Assembly (NCBI GenBank): GCA_002070505.1
Contig: MWDJ01000004.1
Coordinates: 68,695 to 132,694 of the forward strand
From: Bacteroidetes bacterium ADurb.Bin145
GTDB lineage: Bacteria > Bacteroidota > Bacteroidia > Bacteroidales > VadinHA17
Reading direction: 5' to 3'
Length of the DNA: 64,000 nucleotides
The notes beneath the pieces were generated by a model. The model did no database searches and was not told the DNA's origin. It saw only the letters and a list, made by a program, of their open reading frames with translations. Below are positions 9,387 through 17,477 of the stretch, piece by piece. The position numbers were made by a program, and so were the translations under genes. Every line of letters starts with the position of its first letter. Position 1 is the first letter of the stretch.

Positions 9387-10355
9387 CTATCTCCTCTCAT
9401 CCTCATACTCCATTGTTATCTTTGATCCGTATTTCCTGTCTGCGAGCTTAAAGGCTTCGGTTATTACACTCATTCTCCCTCCCCGTTCAATAAAATTAAG
9501 GCATGCCTTTATCTTAGGTTCCATACTGCCTTTCGCGAATTGCCCTTCGTTAAGATATTTAAGAGCATCATCATAATTCAGGAATTCTCTTATTTGCTGG
9601 TCAGGCTTCCGGTAATTGATATAGATGTAAGGAACATCTGTCAGTATATAAAACTCATCAGCGCTTATAAGGGATGCAAGCAGCGAGGAGGCAAGGTCTT
9701 TATCAATGACTGCCTCGGCGGGCCTGACATCATAGTTTTCGTCAATATATACCGGTATCCCTCCCCCTCCGGCAGCTATGACAATATTACCTTTTACTGC
9801 AAGATCGCGGATAATTGATTGATTCATAATATCTTTTGGGACAGGAGACGGGACAACCCTTCTGTACCCTCCAATATTTTTAACTTCCTCCCTGAAGATC
9901 CAGCCTTTCCGCGAAGCCAGTTCATCAGCCTGTTCCCTGGTATAGATCTTACCTATCCTTTTCTGTGGATCGTTGAAAGCCGGATCGTTAGTATCTACAA
10001 GCACACAAGTGACTATGCACACCACATTCTTCTCTATCTTATGCTTATTCAGTACATTACGAAACATCCTCTCTATCATATACCCTATACCCCCCTGTGA
10101 ATCGGCTACACAGATGTCTATAGGCATCTGGGCTATATTATAGACCTGTTCGCCGGCATCATTCCGCATCAGGATGTTGCCAACCTGTGGACCGTTCCCA
10201 TGTGTTATCACCAGATCATATCCTTCTCTTATCAGAAAGACAAGATTCTCAAGTGTCTCTGTTGTGTTTTGCTCCTGCTCATCAATTGTGCCTGCCTGAT
10301 CGCCTCTTGAGAGTGCATTGCCACCCAGTGCAACAACAGCTAACTTCTTCTTCAT
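9387..10355 (-). CDS. arcC: Carbamate kinase
   Basis: N-terminus KKLAVVALGGNAL, HGNGPQVG and AAGGGGIPV motifs. 322 aa. Confidence 0.9.
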   Translation of the reverse strand: MKKKLAVVALGGNALSRGDQAGTIDEQEQNTTETLENLVFLIREGYDLVITHGNGPQVGNILMRNDAGEQVYNIAQMPIDICVADSQGGIGYMIERMFRNVLNKHKIEKNVVCIVTCVLVDTNDPAFNDPQKRIGKIYTREQADELASRKGWIFREEVKNIGGYRRVVPSPVPKDIMNQSIIRDLAVKGNIVIAAGGGGIPVYIDENYDVRPAEAVIDKDLASSLLASLISADEFYILTDVPYIYINYRKPDQQIREFLNYDDALKYLNEGQFAKGSMEPKIKACLNFIERGGRMSVITEAFKLADRKYGSKITMEYEDERR

Positions 10356-10564
10356 GAAATATTGATTTAGTGAAAAAGGAAATCCTTTAATCTGAAAGTT
10401 TTAATTGCTATAAGAGGTTTTAAGTTACAAATCTATCAATTTCAACTGGAATACTGTTCAACAGCTGATATAAATGCTTATTGGTGATTTGCTGCTGTAA
10501 TTTTGGCAGAGAGAAATGTAATTAAAAAAATATTAAATTTACACAAGTCATAAAAACGAGATCA

Positions 10565-11251
10565 GTGAGATTCAGATCCGGATTGCTTATTGCAGTTTTA
10601 ATTGCAATAACGGGATACTCCTGTAAGTATAAGGGGGGGAAGAATATTAATGAAGGAGAGATCCATTATTCCATTACTTATACTGGTAAAACAGGAATAC
10701 TCCCAAGAGAAATAATGCCAAAGAATCTTATCGTATCTTTTAAGAACGATAAGATATTATTTGATATATCAGCCCCTTTCGGAAATTCCGGGATACTTAA
10801 TCTGTCAAATCCTAAGGACGATATATTTGATACCTATATAAGCCTTCTTACCTGGAAATACTACTATCCCGCCGGACCTGGAGAGTTACACCCGGGTTTT
10901 GACGAAATGAAGGATATAGAAATAAAAACAACCGGCAAAACATCTGTGATATGCGGTTACCACTGCAAAAATGCCCAGGTTACTTTTGCATGTAACAGAA
11001 ACAAGGTATACGACATATGGTTCACTGATGAGATAAATGTAAAGGATCCGAATGCCGGGACTCCTTACAAGGATATTGAAGGGGTACTTATGGACTTTTT
11101 CTTTGTGCTGGGTCCTGCCGAACTGCATTTCGATGCTGAAAATGTATATAAGAAAGAGGTCCCTGACAAGACATTTGAAAGAAGAGAGCAATATAAAAAG
11201 ATCTCACGTGAAGAGATCAATCAGTTTATTTACAGGATGACAACCTTATAG
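10565..11251 (+). CDS. Hypothetical lipoprotein
   Basis: GTG start. Signal peptide ends ...AITGYSC. No family recognised with confidence (weak resemblance to GLPGLI-type proteins). Confidence 0.5.
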   Translation: MRFRSGLLIAVLIAITGYSCKYKGGKNINEGEIHYSITYTGKTGILPREIMPKNLIVSFKNDKILFDISAPFGNSGILNLSNPKDDIFDTYISLLTWKYYYPAGPGELHPGFDEMKDIEIKTTGKTSVICGYHCKNAQVTFACNRNKVYDIWFTDEINVKDPNAGTPYKDIEGVLMDFFFVLGPAELHFDAENVYKKEVPDKTFERREQYKKISREEINQFIYRMTTL

Positions 11252-11347
11252 CAGTCTGGCAGAAGATAGCTATACAACGTTGTTAGTCACTTCCTTTAAT
11301 TGTTTATAAAATCAATTTCCTTCAATAACACAGCGGGGCAAATTTAT

Positions 11348-11355
11348 TAACTTTG
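11348..11355 (+). promoter_or_regulatory. -7 motif TAACTTTG upstream of ftsK
   Basis: Matches TAnnTTTG, 23 nt upstream of ATG 11378. Confidence 0.45.
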
Positions 11356-11377
11356 CCTTGCGTTTTTTCAGAGTACA

Positions 11378-13819
11378 ATGAGCAAGGAGAAAGAAGAAAG
11401 CATGGGAAAATCTGCAAAAAAAAGCAAGGACATACCAAAAGCAAAATCATCATCAGGAGATGAAAAGATAAAATTCGTCATTGGTGTCCTTATTGCGGGT
11501 TTTGCATTATATCTTCTTCTTGCATGCATAGCATATCTTTTCTGGTGGAAGACTGATCTGAGTCTCAGGAATGCTGACATTATCTCAGGTCCCGAGATCG
11601 AAGTGAAAAACTGGTCAGGGAAAAGCGGTCATTTCCTGGCCAAGATGATAATTGGATATGGTTTTGGCTTCGGAGCATTTTTTATTCCGGTCATTTTTGC
11701 TACAATCGGACTTTACCTTCTGAAGTTCCCTGGCATAAGGGTCTGGAATCTTATTGCCAAGCTTGCTTTTGCTGCAATCATCGTCTCACTGATACTCAGC
11801 TATATATTCGGTAAATCAGACGGATATCTTTTCAGCGGACCGGGCGGTGCTCAGGGTTACATCATAACAAGATGGCTTAATGCATTCATGGGAAAGACAG
11901 GTACAGGCATCCTGCTCGGACTTGTAACTATCGGATATCTTGTCTTCGCCTTAAAGGTACCTCCTTCGAAACTAAAGGTTAAAGTACCTGATCTTACTAT
12001 GCCTTTCAGAAGGAATGACAAAGGTGAAAATGCATCACCCGAAGCCGGCACTGAAAATGAAGATGCAGAGGCAGTACTGAGCGAAAACCAGGTTCCTGAG
12101 GAAGCTGCAGGGAGTAAGGTTGAATTTCTCGTAAAGAACAGGACAATGCCTCCTGATGAAGATGAGCCGGTAATAACCCCTAATATCCATGGTTCTTTGA
12201 TACATGATCTTGACGATGACAATAAAAAGGTACCTGAAAAGAAGAATGTCGATATAAATATTACCAAACCGGAGGTTAATGATATCCTCTCTGATGAGGA
12301 AGTAAGCCAGATAATGGAGAATTATGATCCGAGGCTTGACCTTTCAAGATACAAATTCCCGCCTGTTTCAATACTTAAAGAACACAAATCTGAAAGCACT
12401 TTTGACAATAAAGAAGTCTTTGAGAATAAGGAGAATATCATCAAGACTCTTGGTGATCATAAGATATCAATAAGACAAATATCTGCAACTGTAGGCCCAA
12501 CGGTCACTCTATATGAAATTGTCCCGGAAAGGGGGGTCAGACTTGCCCGGATAAAATCGCTGGAGGATGACATTGCCCTCAATCTTTCTGCATTGGGCAT
12601 CAGGATCATAGCTCCGATCCCCGGAAGAGGAACAGTGGGAATTGAAGTGCCTAACAAGAACCCTGAAATGGTTTCGATGCGGTCGTTAATCACTTCGAAA
12701 ACTTTTCAGGAATCAAGATTTGATATTGCACTTGCTTTGGGTCGTACAATAACAAATGACCCTTATATTGTCGATCTTACAAAGATGCCTCACCTGCTTG
12801 TTGCCGGTGCCACCGGACAGGGAAAATCAGTTGGAATAAATGCAATAATCACCTCAATCCTTTATAAGAAACATCCAGCCGAAGTTAAATTTGTCCTTAT
12901 TGATCCCAAAAGGGTGGAACTGCCTCTTTATTCGAAGATCGAACGTCATTTTCTGGCTAAGCTGCCAGGCGAAGAGGATGCAATTATTACTGATACGCAA
13001 AAGGTGATAAACACATTGAATTCACTGTGTATCGAGATGGATAACAGGCTGGAGCTTCTTAAAGGTGCTCAGGCAAGGAATATAAAGGAATACAACGAGA
13101 AGTTCGTATCAAGAAAGCTGAATCCTGAAAAAGGTCATAAGTATCTGCCATACATAGTATTGATAATTGACGAGTTTGCCGATCTTATAATGACAGCCGG
13201 TAGGGAAATAGAAGGCCCAATCGGGAGGCTGGCCCAACTTGCGAGAGCTATAGGGATACATCTTATAATATCTACCCAGCGGCCATCAACAAATATAATT
13301 ACAGGCTTCATCAAGGCAAATTTCCCTACGAGAATCGCTTTCCGTGTTTTCTCATCAATAGATTCCAGGACTATTCTTGATGCCACCGGAGCAGACAGGC
13401 TTGTCGGGCGCGGAGATATGCTTGTATCGTCAGGCAATGAACCTGTGAGGGTTCAATGCGCTTTTATCGATACTCCCGAAATAGAAGAACTTACCGAATT
13501 CATTGGCTCCCAGCAGGGGTATCCCGATGCCATGCACCTGCCTGAATATATCGACGACAGCGAATCAAGCCTGGCGGACGTCGATCTTAAAAAGAGAGAC
13601 CCAATGTTTGACGAAGCAGCACGGCTTGTCGTTCAGCATCAGCAGGGATCGACATCGCTCATCCAGAGAAAACTCTCCATTGGCTATAACCGGGCCGGCA
13701 GGATAATTGATCAGCTGGAGGCTGCCGGCATAGTGGGACCTTTCGAAGGAAGCAAGGCAAGAGACGTGCTTTGCTCCGACATGATTGTTTTGGAACAGAT
13801 TTTGAAGAGTCTTGATTAA
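11378..13819 (+). CDS. ftsK: DNA translocase FtsK/SpoIIIE
   Basis: N-terminal TM helices, linker, motor domain with Walker A GATGQGKS and Walker B LIIDEFADL, C-terminal gamma winged-helix (QRKLSIGYNRAGRIIDQLE). Confidence 0.95.
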   Translation: MSKEKEESMGKSAKKSKDIPKAKSSSGDEKIKFVIGVLIAGFALYLLLACIAYLFWWKTDLSLRNADIISGPEIEVKNWSGKSGHFLAKMIIGYGFGFGAFFIPVIFATIGLYLLKFPGIRVWNLIAKLAFAAIIVSLILSYIFGKSDGYLFSGPGGAQGYIITRWLNAFMGKTGTGILLGLVTIGYLVFALKVPPSKLKVKVPDLTMPFRRNDKGENASPEAGTENEDAEAVLSENQVPEEAAGSKVEFLVKNRTMPPDEDEPVITPNIHGSLIHDLDDDNKKVPEKKNVDINITKPEVNDILSDEEVSQIMENYDPRLDLSRYKFPPVSILKEHKSESTFDNKEVFENKENIIKTLGDHKISIRQISATVGPTVTLYEIVPERGVRLARIKSLEDDIALNLSALGIRIIAPIPGRGTVGIEVPNKNPEMVSMRSLITSKTFQESRFDIALALGRTITNDPYIVDLTKMPHLLVAGATGQGKSVGINAIITSILYKKHPAEVKFVLIDPKRVELPLYSKIERHFLAKLPGEEDAIITDTQKVINTLNSLCIEMDNRLELLKGAQARNIKEYNEKFVSRKLNPEKGHKYLPYIVLIIDEFADLIMTAGREIEGPIGRLAQLARAIGIHLIISTQRPSTNIITGFIKANFPTRIAFRVFSSIDSRTILDATGADRLVGRGDMLVSSGNEPVRVQCAFIDTPEIEELTEFIGSQQGYPDAMHLPEYIDDSESSLADVDLKKRDPMFDEAARLVVQHQQGSTSLIQRKLSIGYNRAGRIIDQLEAAGIVGPFEGSKARDVLCSDMIVLEQILKSLD

Positions 13820-13829
13820 AAAGATCCCG

Positions 13830-14468
13830 ATGAGAAAGTCATTGCTCATAATCCTGACCCTGCTTGCAGTTCAAATTAATTTAAACGGTCAGAACGATGC
13901 CAGAGCCGTTAGTATTCTTGATAAATTTTCAGATGCTGCTTCTTCCGCGCCATCAGTATCGATGAAATTCCTGCTCGTGACAGACGACCAGGTTGAGAAT
14001 TCAAAAGACACACTTGCGGGATCTATAATACTGAGTAAAGACAGGTACAGACTTGATCTTCCGGATAATATAATATGGTTCAACGGAAAAACATCCTGGA
14101 GTTACCTTCCTGCCGAGAAGGAAGTTACAATAACAAATCCCGATGATGCAGAGGATTCATTCCAGAGCCGCCCTTCAATGATATTCACTATGTACAGGAA
14201 CGGATTCAAATGCAGGCTGCTTGAAGAAAAAAATGATTTGTACATTATAGATCTCTATCCGGAAGATGTAAAAAATGAACTCATACGGGTGAGATTAACA
14301 ATCGCAAAACCATCCCTTAACCTGAAAAATTTTGAATATAAGAGAAGAGACGGCATAACACATACACTCATCGTAAGGGATTACAATCTGAAGATAGTAC
14401 CTGAAGAGAACACATTCACTTTCTCACCCTCTAAATACAAAGGGATTGAAGTAGTTGATATGCGTTAA
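13830..14468 (+). CDS. lolA: LolA-like outer-membrane lipoprotein carrier protein
   Basis: Signal peptide MRKSLLIILTLLAVQ. About 210 aa, immediately after ftsK as in many Bacteroidota. Start moved from TTG 13812 to ATG 13830. Confidence 0.6.
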   Translation: MRKSLLIILTLLAVQINLNGQNDARAVSILDKFSDAASSAPSVSMKFLLVTDDQVENSKDTLAGSIILSKDRYRLDLPDNIIWFNGKTSWSYLPAEKEVTITNPDDAEDSFQSRPSMIFTMYRNGFKCRLLEEKNDLYIIDLYPEDVKNELIRVRLTIAKPSLNLKNFEYKRRDGITHTLIVRDYNLKIVPEENTFTFSPSKYKGIEVVDMR

Positions 14469-14476
14469 AACCCATT

Positions 14477-15874
14477 TCAGATCCTATCCGGATAAGCAAC
14501 ACGCACGTGATAGATATTCTGAAGTCGTTTTTTAAAAACTGATTTTATATCGGATATATCTTTATAAGTAAGCGGCACGTCAGAATATTGCCCGTCCTGT
14601 TCCTGGAGATACATGATCCTTTCAACAAGCTCACTTATACCCTCCTCGGTGTATTTCTCAAGGCTCCTGGATGAAGCTTCCACGGCATCAGCCATCATTA
14701 CTATTGCCGTCTCCTTGGAGAATGGCTTAGGACCCGGATATGTGAAAGCTTTTGTATTATCTTTTTCACCCGGATTCTGATCGACATGCTTTTTGTAGAA
14801 GAAATAAGCTACTGAAGTACCATGATGAGTCCGTATAAAATCAATCACCTGAACCGGGATCTTATAATTCTTTGCCAGAACAACTCCCTGTCTGACATGA
14901 TTAATAATCACTTTTGCACTATCCCTTGGATCAAGTTTCTCATGCGGGCTGACTCCATCAGCGATATTTTCAATATAATAAGACGGATTGGCAACTTTCC
15001 CGATATCGTGGTACAAAGCGCCTGTCCTAGTAAGGTGCATATTTGCACCGATCACCCTGGCTGCCTCTTCAGCGATATTGGCAACCTGAAGGGAATGCTG
15101 GTAGGAACCGGGAGCTTCGACGGCCAGCTTCCTAAGCAAGGGCTGGTTAGGATCAGCAAGCATCAGCAGCGTTGTATCAGAGATGAGAAGGAATTTCTGC
15201 TCAAAAAGGAATATCAGGGGAAAACTTATAAGTACAAGTAATCCGTTTCCTGCAAAAAGAAGATAATCAAAAAAACCATTACTTTCAGGAACTCCTCCCT
15301 TAATCATATTCATTCCCAGGTAAATGACAGCATAGCTTACAATGACCATTAGTGATGTAAAGAACAGTCTGCTCTTCCTGAAATTATTTGTCAGTGTGAA
15401 TATAGCCATCATACCTGAAAGGAAATTCATAAGTATGAATTCAAATGGTTCCGGAACCATGAATCCGGCAAGCATTATCGTAATAAGCAGGATGAACAGG
15501 GCGAGTCTTGAATCGTAGAACGTCCTGATAATAACCGGGATCACTGCAAATGGCACGATAAATATTATGTTTTCCTGCTTAATATTCAGTACCAGCCGGG
15601 TAATAAGCAGGAATGTGATTATCGCAAGCAGAATGAAAAATGTTTTCCTGTTTACCTGAAGCACCTCCTGCCTGAAATGGAGCAGGAAGAGATAAAGTAC
15701 TGTATAACAGAAAGTAACCACCATGGTTGTTCCAAAAACAGACAGCCTGCCGTCCTCGCTTCCTCTGGTAAGTATCACGACAACTGTTGCAATACTTAAA
15801 ATGAAAAAGAGAATATCAAGTAAGGTCTTTTTCACTTTTGGAAAGTCATTGTCGCCAGGGATTATCTGCTCCAT
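14477..15874 (-). CDS. 7TM-HD (HDIG) membrane phosphohydrolase, PgpH-like, short form
   Basis: Multi-pass membrane region followed by an HD domain (HSLQVANIAE..., GALYHDIGK, THHGTS). 465 aa, so it lacks the large extracellular domain of roughly 700-aa homologues. Confidence 0.8.
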   Translation of the reverse strand: MEQIIPGDNDFPKVKKTLLDILFFILSIATVVVILTRGSEDGRLSVFGTTMVVTFCYTVLYLFLLHFRQEVLQVNRKTFFILLAIITFLLITRLVLNIKQENIIFIVPFAVIPVIIRTFYDSRLALFILLITIMLAGFMVPEPFEFILMNFLSGMMAIFTLTNNFRKSRLFFTSLMVIVSYAVIYLGMNMIKGGVPESNGFFDYLLFAGNGLLVLISFPLIFLFEQKFLLISDTTLLMLADPNQPLLRKLAVEAPGSYQHSLQVANIAEEAARVIGANMHLTRTGALYHDIGKVANPSYYIENIADGVSPHEKLDPRDSAKVIINHVRQGVVLAKNYKIPVQVIDFIRTHHGTSVAYFFYKKHVDQNPGEKDNTKAFTYPGPKPFSKETAIVMMADAVEASSRSLEKYTEEGISELVERIMYLQEQDGQYSDVPLTYKDISDIKSVFKKRLQNIYHVRVAYPDRI

Positions 15875-15906
15875 TTACCTGTTAGTATTTTAAGAAGTAA
15901 ATGTAG

Positions 15907-15914
15907 TATTTTTG
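15907..15914 (+). promoter_or_regulatory. -7 motif TATTTTTG upstream of the NlpC/P60 gene
   Basis: Matches TAnnTTTG, 17 nt upstream of ATG 15931. Confidence 0.45.
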
Positions 15915-15930
15915 ATAAAAATTCCGGAAT

Positions 15931-16692
15931 ATGGAACGTTATATATGTGAGAATGTTTTTGTACCGCTCAGATCCGGGCCAACACACAGGTCTGAAATGC
16001 TCAGCCAGGTATTATTCGGGGAAAAATATAAGATCCTCGACCAGGTTGACCACTGGTTGAAAATAGAAACCGAATTTGACAATTTCACCGGATGGATCGA
16101 CCGTAACCATTTGCAACATGCATTAGCCGTGGATGACACACCCGGGTATGTACTTAACAGATCCTTATTGTGTTTCAAAAGTGACAGGACCAAAATGATC
16201 CTGGAAGCAGGATGCGAAATATACAATCCTGATCCGGATAAATCCTGTTTCTTGGCAGGAGATAACCTGTACACAACCGGGAATGATTTTAACAGTAGTT
16301 ATTTTTCGTCGACTGATTCGGTATCCGATACAGCAATGAGATTTATAAACAGTCCGTATATCTGGGGTGGCAGGATACCATCCGGTATTGACTGTTCCGG
16401 TCTTACACAGCTGGTATATAAGATACATGGCAGAAAGCTTCCGAGGAACAGCTGGCAGCAGGCTGAAACGGGTGAAGATGTTGCCTTCATCAATGATACA
16501 AAACCGGGTGATCTTGTCTTTTTTGACAATGAAAGGGGTAAGATCTCCCATGTTGGGATGATCATTTCGAGAGGTCTTGTGATCCATGCTTCGGGAAGGG
16601 TCAGGATTGATCAGATCGATCACCAGGGCATCTACAAGCAGGAGATAGGGACTTATTCTCATCATTTGAGGATGATAAGGAGGGTTTGCTAG
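15931..16692 (+). CDS. NlpC/P60 (C40) peptidase with N-terminal SH3-like domain
   Basis: Catalytic Cys context GIDCSGLTQLVY and His context ISHVGMI. The TAG stop overlaps the first repeat unit of the downstream array. Confidence 0.85.
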   Translation: MERYICENVFVPLRSGPTHRSEMLSQVLFGEKYKILDQVDHWLKIETEFDNFTGWIDRNHLQHALAVDDTPGYVLNRSLLCFKSDRTKMILEAGCEIYNPDPDKSCFLAGDNLYTTGNDFNSSYFSSTDSVSDTAMRFINSPYIWGGRIPSGIDCSGLTQLVYKIHGRKLPRNSWQQAETGEDVAFINDTKPGDLVFFDNERGKISHVGMIISRGLVIHASGRVRIDQIDHQGIYKQEIGTYSHHLRMIRRVC

Positions 16693-16802
16693 TCTGCTGG
16701 TCTGCTGGTCTGCTAGTCTTATAGTCTTATTGTCTTCTAGTCTTATAGTCTTATAGTCTTATAGTCTTATAGTCTCTTAGTCTCCTTGTCTTGGAGTCTC
16801 CT
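16691..16802. repeat. Tandem array, 14 degenerate 8-bp units (AGTCTNNN)
   Basis: AGTCTGCT GGTCTGCT GGTCTGCT AGTCTTAT x2 TGTCTTCT AGTCTTAT x4 AGTCTCTT AGTCTCCT TGTCTTGG AGTCTCCT. It starts inside the NlpC/P60 stop codon. Confidence 0.95.
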
Positions 16803-16824
16803 TAGAAAATTTTTGTCAGAATTA

Positions 16825-17184
16825 TTATTTGTTATTCTTAAGAAATTTCATAAGACTTCCTGTTCCCTTGATTATCGCCTGACATTTTTCTCTTCTGTCA
16901 TCGGCTGTCTCAAATGATATATATTGCTGATCCTGAGCAATATAATACATGTTTTTTACTTCTCCGGCTGATCCTTTGGAGAAATTCAGAAACTGTCGGA
17001 ATTCAGAATCACCCTGCCGGCAAAAACCTTCAGAAATATTATTCATAATTGAAATTCCTGCAGCAGTGATCTGGTTTCTGAAAGTAAAGTCTTTACAGCC
17101 TCTGAAATCGGAATAAACAAGATTAACCAATTCTCTTGATAAAATCCAGATTTTTAGTTCTTCGAAGTTTTTAATTGTTCCCAT
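16825..17184 (-). CDS. Four-helix-bundle protein (23S rRNA intervening-sequence protein / Avd family)
   Basis: 119 aa. FEELKIW...SRELV..VY, RNQITAAGISIMNNISEG and FLNFSKGSAGEVKN are the family pattern (PF05635/TIGR02436-like, from memory). Confidence 0.8.
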   Translation of the reverse strand: MGTIKNFEELKIWILSRELVNLVYSDFRGCKDFTFRNQITAAGISIMNNISEGFCRQGDSEFRQFLNFSKGSAGEVKNMYYIAQDQQYISFETADDRREKCQAIIKGTGSLMKFLKNNK

Positions 17185-17256
17185 TTTAGCACGATTTAAT
17201 TATTAATGATCTAATATAATAATTAATAATTTTCAAATAAATCCGCATACTAAAAA

Positions 17257-17424
17257 CTCCACGACTCCAAGACTAGGAGACTAGGAGACTAGAAGACTCT
17301 AAGACCATCGACTCCAAGACCATAAGACTAGAAGACTCCGAGACTAGAAGACTCTGAGACTAGGAGACTCTGAGACTAGGAGACTCTGAGACTAGAAGAC
17401 TCTGAGACTAGAAGACTCTGAGAC
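17257..17424. repeat. Tandem array, about 21 degenerate 8-bp units (NNNAGACT), inverted relative to 16691..16802
   Basis: Units such as GGAGACTA, GAAGACTC, TGAGACTA. 17263..17283 is the reverse complement of 16778..16798 at 20 of 21 positions. Confidence 0.95.
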
Positions 17425-17456
17425 AAAAAAAAGCCACCCCAATCAGGAGCGGCTTT
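17425..17456 (-). terminator. Intrinsic terminator after susD (bidirectional geometry)
   Basis: Minus strand AAAGCCGCTCC-TGATT-GGGGTGGCTTT followed by T8. The plus strand reads the A-run, the hairpin, then TTTCTTGTTT. Confidence 0.8.
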
Positions 17457-17477
17457 CTTGTTTCAGGTAATTATTTT

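Noticed and set aside
9295-9576. 93-aa ORF in the track
   Set aside because: It is translated from the heptamer repeat array and then runs antisense to arcC. The proline/serine-rich product is a repeat artefact.
16825-17184. Four-helix-bundle gene considered as the Avd component of a diversity-generating retroelement
   Set aside because: The window has no reverse transcriptase, no template/variable repeat pair and no target gene with a C-terminal variable region. Only the family relationship remains.
16691-17424. Repeat arrays considered as a CRISPR array
   Set aside because: The units are contiguous 8-bp degenerate repeats with no spacers. The two arrays are inverted relative to each other and no cas genes are present.
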